IMG/VR virus record: IMGVR_UViG_3300007513_000005 | Origin: a virus | Reading direction: 5' to 3' (one strand) | Length of the DNA stretch: 64,000 nt | Shown here: positions 17,974 to 27,193 of the stretch, one piece after another | How positions within the stretch are numbered: the stretch's first letter is position 1 | Layout of the letters: the number at the start of each line of letters is the position of its first letter | Translations under genes and position numbers: made by a program | The notes under the pieces: model-generated | Database searches by the model: none | Seen by the model: only the letters and a program-made list of their open reading frames with translations | Told to the model about the DNA's origin: nothing

Positions 17974-20900
17974 TTATAATGTCTGTGATCCAGATAGGTA
18001 CTGAACTACCACAACATCATCAGCGTCCATTGTAAGGGTTTCATGCAAGAAAACCTCGCCGCCGTTATAGTCGATTCTATAGTCACCGTCTCTTGGGTTA
18101 CCTGCAACGCCGTTACTCTTCACAAGAAGAAGACCATTGAAGTAAACCATCTCCGAACCAGACACCATTGAGATGTAAGATCCTGAAGGAGGTAGAGAAC
18201 AGGTTGTATATAGCGATCCAGAACCCTGAGTTGGCTGTGATCTATTCACAATCTTCTTAGAAGATCTACTGAATATTCTTCTGTGCCAACCGACGCTCAA
18301 CTGACCATTGTTGAATACAAGTCCACCATGTGAATTGGTTGCGCTTTTAACGATATCGCAATTGAGATGCGCTTTCTTGATCACATCATTTGTAACAATA
18401 TCATTCAACTGCAATTTATCAACAGTGAGCGTATGCGGTGTTGTTTTGGATCCAGACAATATATCTGAAGTTATCTTATGGATCGTTGCCGTTCCAGAAC
18501 CAGAAATGGTTGACGTTGCCGTCAACGTTCTAACTTCAATCTTGTCAACATCAAGTAAGTGTCCATCTACAGTAGAACCAGACACCGTACTAGTGATCGT
18601 CATTGACACGCCGTCAACATCGTTACCAGTAAGTTTGTCTGTATCTAGGGTATGCGCCTGAACGGTTGTACCCGAGACTGTTGTAAACGTAGCTGAGGTG
18701 CCATCCAGATCTCCAATGTTTGCTTGATTTGAATCAATTTCAAAGATCTGTGCGAGAGCACCCGTTACAGTCTGCGCATTGAAGGTAGAACCACTCATAA
18801 TCGAGTCCTGGTTACCGATCGCAGTGTTGATTGTTACAGTGTGGAAAATACCCACTGAACCAGAGATAGATCCCGTGACACCAAATCTCTGACCACCATC
18901 ACTGACAGAACCACTCAAGGAAGCACCCTGTGTTGATCCGATCTTTAACAAGAGATCAAGTCCTGCTCCAGAACCAGCGTCACCCATAACAATACTTGCT
19001 ACGCCAGCTGAACCAGTACCTGCTGTACCACCAATCTGAAGACCAGCGCCTTCGGCGGCCACGCCTGTTGAACCACTTGCGTACGCAATGTACTGCTTTT
19101 GTGGAACTTCGAAGTGTTCAGATGTTGTCACGCCAGAAGTAATCTTTCTAGCTGAAAGGTCATCTACCACAATCTTGTAGAACTTACCAGATGAACCTGA
19201 TATGTCATTACCAGTAACAACATGGAGGTTCGAAGTTCCAGAAGATGTGATATTGGTTGCGACTACCTTGCGGAAATCACCCTCATCACCATCAATCTTG
19301 TGAATTACTGACGTTCCAGAAGATGTGACTACGTTTGCGGTTGCCTTATTAAAGGTACCTTCGTCCACGTCTGTCTTATGGAATGTAGAAGTTCCAGAAC
19401 CAGTAACGACTGTTGCAATAACCTTGCGGAAATCACCTTCGTCTGAATCAAGTTTATGAATTTGTGCCGTTCCAGAACCAGTGATCATATAAGCAGCACT
19501 TGCTCTAGCAGTGGAGAATTTAACCCCACCGAACGTTCCCTCATCAACATTAATCTGGTGGATCGATGCTGTACCTGAACCAGAGATCACAGAAGCGCCT
19601 GAATCTAGGTTTAATTTTCCTACTGTCAATGCATCAACATCACCCTTATGAAGGGTAGACTCTGCTGTAGACGACGCGGTTAACACACTTAAGTATGTCG
19701 TTCCGTACTTGTTTCCAGCTGCACCAAGATTGAGTCCGCCATCAGTAGATGGTTGAAGTGTTGTTGCAGTTAGATCCAATTCGTCTGTTCCGTTAATGTT
19801 CAACTTAAGTGTAGTTTTTGCATTAACCGTCAAAGTAGTTTTGGCACTAGAATAAATCTCGCCAGTAGATCCTGAAACACCAGTATAAGCAAAAACTACT
19901 TTACCAGCATTTGAAGCAGTCAAATGTACACCATCTGTGGTAATCTTAGCGATACCATCGAAACCACTTCCGTCGTTATACTGAATTGCTCCTTCATTAC
20001 CTCTCGCTGCATTCGAGAGAGATAGTGCAGTCTTCAGTTGAGTAAAACTAAATGCCTTGGTTTCATTGTCTGATGCGTCACCACAATAAAAATAATCACC
20101 ATTCACAAAGTCAACGTGATCGTTTCTTGCCTGTGCTGATGTATCCAAATGAACAACCTGAACAGATCCAGATCCAATATCATCTCTCTGTACTGTACTC
20201 GAACCTAACTTAACTGTTGTTACGACACCATCTTTTATTAACTTGGTGCCTATCTTTGTTACTGCCATTGATGCTCCTCCTACGGCTATGTAATCGCTAA
20301 ATGAGCTGGCGGTTACGTGTACCTGCCCGCTATCAAAACTATACTTACTGGTGGCGAGTTCTGCCCATGCACTGGAAGCGTTCGACCTTCTAAAGATTCT
20401 TATTGCCGATGTGCTACCTGTGATGTTCCAAGATAGAATCGCAGGACTACTAAAAGATGTACCGTGAGGAACAAATCTAATAATGTCTGACGATGCTCTT
20501 GGAGCAATAATCGCTGTACCTAATGCTGAAATATCCGTTGTCGCTGTGCCTTTGCCAGCACTTTGAGATAGAATCGCTACTGTTACAGTGGTGTTACCAG
20601 ATAGCGCTCCAGCTGGGATATTTGCTTGAGCGGAAGGGTTAGTGTCAGTGTTACCTGCTTGTACCAATCCACCGTTTGCTGCCACAACAGAACTAGACAC
20701 CTCGCCATCAATGGCGGTGGGTTCCACAGCACCTTCGGTTCCCAGACCTGTTGTAAAGACATGAAAGTTTGTCGCAGACTGGTTAAGGGAAGCGTTTCTG
20801 CCTGGTTCCAAAGAAAGTATACCACCTCCAATAAAGATCTGCCCTGGGGCACGATCTTCTGGGTTGGTGTTGTAAATCTCTGCCATACCAGATTGAGTTA

Positions 20901-21963
20901 GAAACTCCGATCTCCACCCACCTGGATATCCTCCAGTGTTTGATCCATTCTCTAGAACATACACAGAGTCAATCGTAAGTGTATCGTGGTAAGTCGCATC
21001 CATTCTGTAGAATATCGAACCCTTATAGTGCTTCGAACTGTAACCAGTCAAAGCTCCCGAACCACCGTCGAAAGAGGACCCAGTCAAAGTATATGCTGGT
21101 TGATTTTGTCCAGAATATCCCTGCGATGAAGATGCGTGAACTTCTACTTGTGCGTTGTTGAAAATGAGAAGTGAATTACTTGCCGTATGCCACTCCATAG
21201 TCATACCAAAGTAAGAACTTGCCTGAGAACCAGTTATTGAGTATGCTGATGCTGCACCAGCACTTGGAACGTATGATGGCCATCCGTCCAAACTGGATCC
21301 TGTTCTTTGAACAATCCAAACTTTATTGTTGTTGGAATCGCCAACTGCGAATTCGTCATTTGTTCTCAACCATCTCGCAGAATAAACATCCTTTGAGGAT
21401 TGGTTCGTAACTCGCACTGTTTGTGTCCAGTTCCAACCCGCATCGGCGTCGTCTGCAGAACCCGAGTTGAAGACCCAGACATACTGATCGCCAGCAGAAC
21501 CAGGTTCATGGTATGCCAACAATGCGTCTTTGTCCGCACTTATCTCAAGTTTCCAATTTGTTGCGCCTGATGAGTTGTCATTTCTGGTTATGACCTTGTG
21601 AAGACCAAAGTCGACGCCGCCGGCTGATGCCGTGACAATCCCCATTTCTTCGTATGCGTCATTTGTTGTAAAAATAAACTCTTTGTTGTTAACCCACACA
21701 AGATCGATCAATCCACTTGTTGTTCTCTGTGGGACAGAGGATATTAGATCCCAGACACCATTCGATCCAGACTTTCTAACATCAATACCGTGATTTAAAC
21801 TTGAGTCGTTGTTCCTATACCTAGTAGGAATAATCATCAACTCCCCGTTTGGACTAACCAAACCTGAACGATAACTTCTGGCATCTGCTGAACTCAATGA
21901 AGAGGAAACTGGTCCTCTCGTGTTTAGCACTCCAGCCTTATTATCTAATATTGTATAAGCCAT
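17974..21963 (-). CDS. Long fibre-like virion protein: beta-propeller-like N-terminus, ZU5-like domain, repeat-rich fibre paralogous to 22057-24333
   Basis: Trp-rich propeller-like blades, IPAGAL...PHGTSFSSPA...SFSDY, then MAVTKIGTKL homologous to the N-terminus of the neighbouring gene, with 26-aa repeats. Confidence 0.65.
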   Translation of the reverse strand: MAYTILDNKAGVLNTRGPVSSSLSSADARSYRSGLVSPNGELMIIPTRYRNNDSSLNHGIDVRKSGSNGVWDLISSVPQRTTSGLIDLVWVNNKEFIFTTNDAYEEMGIVTASAGGVDFGLHKVITRNDNSSGATNWKLEISADKDALLAYHEPGSAGDQYVWVFNSGSADDADAGWNWTQTVRVTNQSSKDVYSARWLRTNDEFAVGDSNNNKVWIVQRTGSSLDGWPSYVPSAGAASAYSITGSQASSYFGMTMEWHTASNSLLIFNNAQVEVHASSSQGYSGQNQPAYTLTGSSFDGGSGALTGYSSKHYKGSIFYRMDATYHDTLTIDSVYVLENGSNTGGYPGGWRSEFLTQSGMAEIYNTNPEDRAPGQIFIGGGILSLEPGRNASLNQSATNFHVFTTGLGTEGAVEPTAIDGEVSSSVVAANGGLVQAGNTDTNPSAQANIPAGALSGNTTVTVAILSQSAGKGTATTDISALGTAIIAPRASSDIIRFVPHGTSFSSPAILSWNITGSTSAIRIFRRSNASSAWAELATSKYSFDSGQVHVTASSFSDYIAVGGASMAVTKIGTKLIKDGVVTTVKLGSSTVQRDDIGSGSVQVVHLDTSAQARNDHVDFVNGDYFYCGDASDNETKAFSFTQLKTALSLSNAARGNEGAIQYNDGSGFDGIAKITTDGVHLTASNAGKVVFAYTGVSGSTGEIYSSAKTTLTVNAKTTLKLNINGTDELDLTATTLQPSTDGGLNLGAAGNKYGTTYLSVLTASSTAESTLHKGDVDALTVGKLNLDSGASVISGSGTASIHQINVDEGTFGGVKFSTARASAAYMITGSGTAQIHKLDSDEGDFRKVIATVVTGSGTSTFHKTDVDEGTFNKATANVVTSSGTSVIHKIDGDEGDFRKVVATNITSSGTSNLHVVTGNDISGSSGKFYKIVVDDLSARKITSGVTTSEHFEVPQKQYIAYASGSTGVAAEGAGLQIGGTAGTGSAGVASIVMGDAGSGAGLDLLLKIGSTQGASLSGSVSDGGQRFGVTGSISGSVGIFHTVTINTAIGNQDSIMSGSTFNAQTVTGALAQIFEIDSNQANIGDLDGTSATFTTVSGTTVQAHTLDTDKLTGNDVDGVSMTITSTVSGSTVDGHLLDVDKIEVRTLTATSTISGSGTATIHKITSDILSGSKTTPHTLTVDKLQLNDIVTNDVIKKAHLNCDIVKSATNSHGGLVFNNGQLSVGWHRRIFSRSSKKIVNRSQPTQGSGSLYTTCSLPPSGSYISMVSGSEMVYFNGLLLVKSNGVAGNPRDGDYRIDYNGGEVFLHETLTMDADDVVVVQYLSGSQTL
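19213..19690 (-). repeat. Degenerate 26-aa (78-bp) repeats, consensus (S/T)GSGTSxxHKxDxDEGxFxKVxAT
   Basis: Periodic HKGDVD/HQINVD/HKLDSD/HKTDVD/HKIDGD in the translation. Confidence 0.75.
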
Positions 21964-22025
21964 AATTTAATTATTCTCCTTTTGTTATTATGTAAAATAA
22001 AATAACAAACACATAAACGAAACAA

Positions 22026-22045
22026 GAGGGGGGGTTACCCCCCTC
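22026..22045 (-). terminator. Intrinsic terminator after short fibre gene
   Basis: 8-bp stem GAGGGGGG/CCCCCCTC with a 4-nt loop, followed by TTGTTTCGTTT on the minus strand. Confidence 0.7.
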
Positions 22046-22056
22046 AAAACTAAGAC

Positions 22057-24333
22057 TTAAGAGATCGTTCCCGAGAGAAACTGAACGACAAGAATATCGT
22101 CAGCATCCATAGTAAGACTCTCGTGCAATTCAACTGTCACAGGACCATTGCTGCTGTTGTAGTCAATGGTATAGTCACCGTCGACTGGCGGTCGCTGCGT
22201 TGCTGGTGCAGGGATGAGAAGAACACCATTTAGGTATACCATCTCGGAACCTGACATGATGATCGTCGGAGCCCCGCTTGTTGTTGCCAAAGATGCAGTC
22301 GTATATAGAGAACCAGAACCCTGTGCAGGTGCTGCTGCTCTGTTTGCAACAGATGTATCTCTAGAGAAAATCTGTCTCTGGTGTCCAATACTCAAAACAC
22401 CGTTTGCAAAGTTAAGTCCACCGTTACCGTTGTCTATATCATAAACAATATCTCTGTTTAAGTTTGCTGCCTTGACAACATCAGTCGAAACGATAACACC
22501 CACGTTCAATTTGTCTGTGTCCACATTGTGTGCGGTCAAGACTGAACCAGATAATACATCTGAAGTTACCTTGTGGATTGTTGCTGTTGCTGAACCAGAA
22601 ATGGTCGATGTTGCATCTATTCTTCTAACCTCGATCTTATCGACGTCAAGAAGGTGAGCATCAACGGTCGAACCAGATACTGTTCCCGTGAATGTTGCAG
22701 AAGTTCCGTCAAGATCCTGAACGGTTACCTTGTCTGCATCAGTCGTGTGAGCCTGAACAGTTGTACCAGATACCGTAGTAAAGGTAGCAGATGTACCGTC
22801 CAAGTCAAGGATGCTTGCCTGGTCTGCATCAATCTCGTGATACTGTACAATCGTACCTGACAAGGTGTGGAATGTACCCTTAGAACCAGAGAATGATGTT
22901 GCCGTCAATCCCTTCGCTACGTCCAATTCCTGGAAAATACCAAGAGATGCTGAAAGTGTACCAGACACACCAAATAATACTGCGTCATTCTTTCTACCAC
23001 CTGTGGTTGAAAGCGAGAGACCCTGTGTGGAACCAATCTTGAAAAGAAGATCAGAACCAGCGCCGCCGCCTGCGTTACCCAAGATTACACTTGCGATACC
23101 GCTTGAACCAGAACCTGCAGTGCCACCAATCTGAAGGCCTGCGCCCTCAACAGAATCACCTGCGGATCCTGATGCCGCAGCAATGATCTGCTTATTAACG
23201 ATTTCAAAATGCTCTGAAGTCGTAATGCTGGATTTGTACGTTCTTGCGTCAAGAACATCTACAACCAACTTGCGGAACTTACCAGAAGAACCAGAGAGTT
23301 CATCTGCCGTTACGACATGGAGGTTTGATGTACCAGAAGACGTAATGTTTGTAGCAACTACCTTACGGAAGTCGCCTTCGTCGCCGTCAATCTTATGGAA
23401 GAGCGATGTGCCCGAACCAGATACGACAGTACCGATAATCTTGTTAAAGGTACCTTCGTCAACATCAACCTTGTGAAAGAGTGAAGTGCCTGAACCTGTA
23501 ACCACAGGTGCGATAACCTTATTGAAAGTACCCTCATCTACGTCAACCTTGTGAATCTGTGCGGTTGCCGAAGCAGAGAGGTTTGTTGTCTTTACAACAT
23601 TAAATGTTGCGTCATCTACGTCCAACTTGTGAAGCGTAGAGGTACCAGAACCAGTGATGGTTGTTGCTGTTACCTTTCTTGCGTCAAGACTATCTACATC
23701 CAACTTGTGGATTGTGGAAGTTCCTGAACCAGATACTGCATCAAGATACAGTGTTCCGTATTTCTTTGCTGCTGCACCGAGGTTGAGTCCACCGTCCGAA
23801 GAAGGCTGAAGTGTTGTTGCATTTAGGTCCAACTCATCGGTTCCGTTGATATTGAACTTTAATGTCGTCTTTGCATTGACCGTCAAAGTGGTTTTAGCGC
23901 TAGAATAAATCTCGCCAGTAGAACCTGAAATTGCAGTGTATGCAAACACTACCTTACCGCCGTCAGAAGCGGTCAAGTGAACACCGTCTGTTCTAATCTT
24001 TGAGATAGCGTCCATCGCATTTGTGCCGCCTTCGCCGTGAAACTGAATGTGTCCTTCGTTACCGACAGCTGCATTAGATGCTGAAACCGCTGCTTTGAGG
24101 TGTGCGAACGTGACCGTCCTCATGCCACCGCTTTTGCCCTTAGATGCGGATACGATTAAGACGTCGGCATCCTCAAGATGCGCCACGTCGCTACGTGCTT
24201 GGAATAGGTCTAAGTGACCGACTTGAACTGAACCTGATGCGATCTTATCGCGAGTTACTGCGGAAGTATTTAACTTCGCAGTTGTGATGGCACTATTTGC
24301 CAATAGTTTTGTGCCAATTTTTGTTTTAGCCAT
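22057..24333 (-). CDS. Repeat-rich fibre-like virion protein (758 aa)
   Basis: Ser/Gly/Thr-rich, tandem 26-aa repeats, C-terminal VYLNGVLL...DYTI domain; AGGAG SD. Confidence 0.65.
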   Translation of the reverse strand: MAKTKIGTKLLANSAITTAKLNTSAVTRDKIASGSVQVGHLDLFQARSDVAHLEDADVLIVSASKGKSGGMRTVTFAHLKAAVSASNAAVGNEGHIQFHGEGGTNAMDAISKIRTDGVHLTASDGGKVVFAYTAISGSTGEIYSSAKTTLTVNAKTTLKFNINGTDELDLNATTLQPSSDGGLNLGAAAKKYGTLYLDAVSGSGTSTIHKLDVDSLDARKVTATTITGSGTSTLHKLDVDDATFNVVKTTNLSASATAQIHKVDVDEGTFNKVIAPVVTGSGTSLFHKVDVDEGTFNKIIGTVVSGSGTSLFHKIDGDEGDFRKVVATNITSSGTSNLHVVTADELSGSSGKFRKLVVDVLDARTYKSSITTSEHFEIVNKQIIAAASGSAGDSVEGAGLQIGGTAGSGSSGIASVILGNAGGGAGSDLLFKIGSTQGLSLSTTGGRKNDAVLFGVSGTLSASLGIFQELDVAKGLTATSFSGSKGTFHTLSGTIVQYHEIDADQASILDLDGTSATFTTVSGTTVQAHTTDADKVTVQDLDGTSATFTGTVSGSTVDAHLLDVDKIEVRRIDATSTISGSATATIHKVTSDVLSGSVLTAHNVDTDKLNVGVIVSTDVVKAANLNRDIVYDIDNGNGGLNFANGVLSIGHQRQIFSRDTSVANRAAAPAQGSGSLYTTASLATTSGAPTIIMSGSEMVYLNGVLLIPAPATQRPPVDGDYTIDYNSSNGPVTVELHESLTMDADDILVVQFLSGTIS
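23308..23740 (-). repeat. Six tandem 26-aa repeats with conserved His (HKxDxD)
   Basis: GSGTSTIHKLDVDSLDARKVTATTIT / GSGTSTLHKLDVDDATFNVVKTTNLS and following units; period counted as 26 residues. Confidence 0.8.
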
Positions 24334-24413
24334 TTTAATTGCTCCTTAGTGTATGTTTTTTATTTTTTCACTAACAAAAACCAACAGCACATTAAACGGA
24401 CTGGGTTTGTGAA

Positions 24414-24629
24414 TTACGAAAAGAGAACCTTCTTCAGATTTCTAACGTTATTATCAAACTTACAAAACTCACTATTCAAGAACTCTAACGAAAGAGCTTG
24501 GCACTCACCTAACCTATCATCAAACTCAAAATGAAACTTTCCTGAATCTAATCGCCTACATCTAATCAGGTTAATACCCTTTAACTGCAAGTAAGCGGCG
24601 ATTCCTATATCAGATGTTGTAAAATTCAT
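24414..24629 (-). CDS. Small conserved phage protein (DUF5659-like)
   Basis: FTTSDIGIAAYLQLKG...FHFEF pattern; preceded by a CTATTTA motif and GAGG. Confidence 0.55.
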   Translation of the reverse strand: MNFTTSDIGIAAYLQLKGINLIRCRRLDSGKFHFEFDDRLGECQALSLEFLNSEFCKFDNNVRNLKKVLFS

Positions 24630-24657
24630 ATTATACCTCTCTCACTTTAAATAGTCT

Positions 24658-25098
24658 CTACTGCTTAACAAACGCTAAATTTCCTGTACCGTTGGAATCT
24701 AATTCCAATGTGTATCCTGCGTTTGGATCTAACTTATACTTTTCTCGAAGAAGTTGTAAGATTTGCTCATTACCTTCCCTGATTCTCTCAATCTCTTCTA
24801 ACATTAGAATTTTTTTCACCTCATGATCTCTCATGTAGATCCCATATTCAGTAAGTTTACCATTCATATTATCCCTACCATCGAGCAATGATTGGGTATC
24901 ATCTGGATATAAAACAACATAAGAGTCGTCAAAGGGTTCCTCTTCTTCCTCTTCTTCTTCTTCCCATTCTTCCTCAAGATCGTCGGGATCCATACCCGCC
25001 TTAAGGGTTTCTGCGGCAAGTAACGCCTTGTTGGCCAATTCTGGATTTTCTTCTTTCAAATCATCCAGCATTCCCAATAATTTATTTAAAACTGACAT
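24658..25098 (-). CDS. Acidic hypothetical protein with poly-Glu tract
   Basis: LEEEWEEEEEEEEEPF; AGGAGG SD. Confidence 0.7.
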   Translation of the reverse strand: MSVLNKLLGMLDDLKEENPELANKALLAAETLKAGMDPDDLEEEWEEEEEEEEEPFDDSYVVLYPDDTQSLLDGRDNMNGKLTEYGIYMRDHEVKKILMLEEIERIREGNEQILQLLREKYKLDPNAGYTLELDSNGTGNLAFVKQ

Positions 25099-25115
25099 TC
25101 TCGCATCCTCCTTCT

Positions 25116-26339
25116 TTAATCAGCAATATAACTAAATAGTATGTTCGCCTCATTCTGGGGCGCTTCTTCGAAAGTAACCACCCTACCAGACAAAGTATAG
25201 TCATTATCTGCCCCGATAAGCATCAAAAGACCTTGGTTAAACACCATAAGTGTTCCTGCAACAAAATCCTCTGGTACTGTAAATTGTGTAGTCGATCCGT
25301 CAGCTGTCTCGGTGGGTGTTTGGGCAACTTTGTAATTAGTAGTTGTCACAGAGTCTGCAGAAGATGACGATCCTCCACCTCCACCACCGCCTGTGGTAGC
25401 TTCCGTTGTTGTTGCGCCTGGGTTTCTAACTTGCTTGTAGTTTGCAATATTGTCATCAACCTTTGGTAACAACAAGTCTGATTTAAGTCCTTCAAGTCCA
25501 TACAATCTCCCGTTTACAGTATCTAGGTCATCACCAGTAATTATCCTCTCCCTCGGTATCTTAACTTCAACAATGTTTTCTCGAATAGAAACATTTGGTT
25601 GAAGTCTATTGACATTCTCTCCAGTTAGCCACCCAAGAACCTCAATGTTGAGTTTTGTCTCAAACTTTCTTTCTTCGTTTGAAAAGTTGCTTATATTGTT
25701 GTTCTGAGAGAAGTCCTCCTGTATAAACGCTTCATACCTTAATCTCCCCTCTTCAATTATTACGTAATTGATGCCACCTGGTCTTGTTATGAAGGGTGTC
25801 ACTATTTGATTCATTTGTTGTTGATATTCCGTTCTTAGGGTTATTTCATACTGGACCGTGACATAGACTGGTAGTGGGATTGTTAATGTCTCATAGACTA
25901 TCTTGCTATTCTTCTTTGAGAAATTTAATTGTCCTGCCCTTTTATACATCGAAGCATTTGCAAAATTAGAAGTCTTATCTTGCTTAATTCGCCTGGAAAC
26001 TGATATGGATCCGCCCTTTACTTTATCAATAGGTGGAATATTTGCAAACACAGTACCCTTCCTCGAAGGATCCTTGGTGATGTTAGATCTCTCTATTGTT
26101 ATAACTGGCAGAACCAGGGTACCGTCCTTGTCCCTGAATCTACTATCCTTCTTACTTTGAAATAACCTTTCAGATGAAGTCCATACCACTGGCACTTTCT
26201 TAAACCCAGTTGGCGTAATGCACCTAATGTCTAGCGTTTCTTCTATAAATTTATGCATTGCTAGATCGATCGTTTCCATCGTGGACGGGGGAAAAGGAAT
26301 ATCTTCCAATCTTCTAGATTTTGTGACTGATAATACCAT
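25116..26339 (-). CDS. gp15-like tail completion/terminator paralogue B with Gly linker and extra C-terminal domain
   Basis: KVPVVWTSSER, LPVITIERS, IPLPVYVTVQYEITLRTEYQQQMNQI shared with 26348-27193; follows the neck genes. Confidence 0.6.
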   Translation of the reverse strand: MVLSVTKSRRLEDIPFPPSTMETIDLAMHKFIEETLDIRCITPTGFKKVPVVWTSSERLFQSKKDSRFRDKDGTLVLPVITIERSNITKDPSRKGTVFANIPPIDKVKGGSISVSRRIKQDKTSNFANASMYKRAGQLNFSKKNSKIVYETLTIPLPVYVTVQYEITLRTEYQQQMNQIVTPFITRPGGINYVIIEEGRLRYEAFIQEDFSQNNNISNFSNEERKFETKLNIEVLGWLTGENVNRLQPNVSIRENIVEVKIPRERIITGDDLDTVNGRLYGLEGLKSDLLLPKVDDNIANYKQVRNPGATTTEATTGGGGGGGSSSSADSVTTTNYKVAQTPTETADGSTTQFTVPEDFVAGTLMVFNQGLLMLIGADNDYTLSGRVVTFEEAPQNEANILFSYIAD

Positions 26340-26347
26340 GCCCTACC

Positions 26348-27193
26348 TCACAACCCATATTTTGCCAACTCATCTGGGTCGACAATGGTCCTTTCTTTTG
26401 GAATCTTAACTTCTACGATTGTCTCATTAACTACCTTGTGAGGTGTCTCTTGATTTATGCCACTTCCAATCAGGTGCCCAAGCACCTTAATATCGAATTT
26501 TGTTTCGAATTTTCTTTCTTCGTTTGAAAAGTTGCTTATGTTGTTTTCATGTGAATAGTCCTGCTGGATAAATCCTTCATACCTGTGATTACCATCTCTG
26601 ATGATGATATAGTTAATGCCGCCTGGAACTGTCATAAAAGGCACTACAAGGTCGTTCATTTGCTGCTGGTACTCCGTTCGGAGGGTAATCTGATACATCA
26701 CCGTAACATAGACTGGCAAGGGGATAGAGACCGTCTTATACACGGTTTTTTCAGTTTTATCTGGAAAGTTCAATTGCCCTCTCCTTCTCTTGGAGTGGGC
26801 GTTCTTGTAGTTGGAAGTCTTATCTTGCACGATCTTCTGCATAACGGGGATGGTGCCACCCTTTATCTTATCTGTTGATGGTATGTTTGCCCACACTGTG
26901 CCCTTCTCGCTAGGACTTTTTGTCATCGAGGTCCTCTCGATAGTGATAACTGGCATGATTAGAGCGCCTTCAGCATCCCTAACACGACTATCCTTTTTGC
27001 TCAACACTGATCTTTCAGCTGATGACATTATAACTGGTACTTTCTTAAACCCAGTTGAGGAATTTACGTGTAGATTCATTTGCTCATCCACGAACTTATA
27101 CATAGCAGTATCTATATTCTCAATTCTTGAATCGAAAATACGCTTGCCTTCGTAGTCGTTAAGTTGTTCGCTGAATGGTTTATGACGTTCCAT
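26348..27193 (-). CDS. gp15-like tail completion/terminator paralogue A
   Basis: KVPVIMSSAER, MPVITIERTS, IPLPVYVTVMYQITLRTEYQQQMNDL; directly after the gp14-like gene. Confidence 0.65.
   Translation of the reverse strand: MERHKPFSEQLNDYEGKRIFDSRIENIDTAMYKFVDEQMNLHVNSSTGFKKVPVIMSSAERSVLSKKDSRVRDAEGALIMPVITIERTSMTKSPSEKGTVWANIPSTDKIKGGTIPVMQKIVQDKTSNYKNAHSKRRRGQLNFPDKTEKTVYKTVSIPLPVYVTVMYQITLRTEYQQQMNDLVVPFMTVPGGINYIIIRDGNHRYEGFIQQDYSHENNISNFSNEERKFETKFDIKVLGHLIGSGINQETPHKVVNETIVEVKIPKERTIVDPDELAKYGL

Noticed and set aside
17974-24333. Fibre paralogues as a diversity-generating retroelement template/variable repeat pair
   Set aside because: Differences are synonymous third-position changes of all base types, not adenine-specific, and no reverse transcriptase is in the window.
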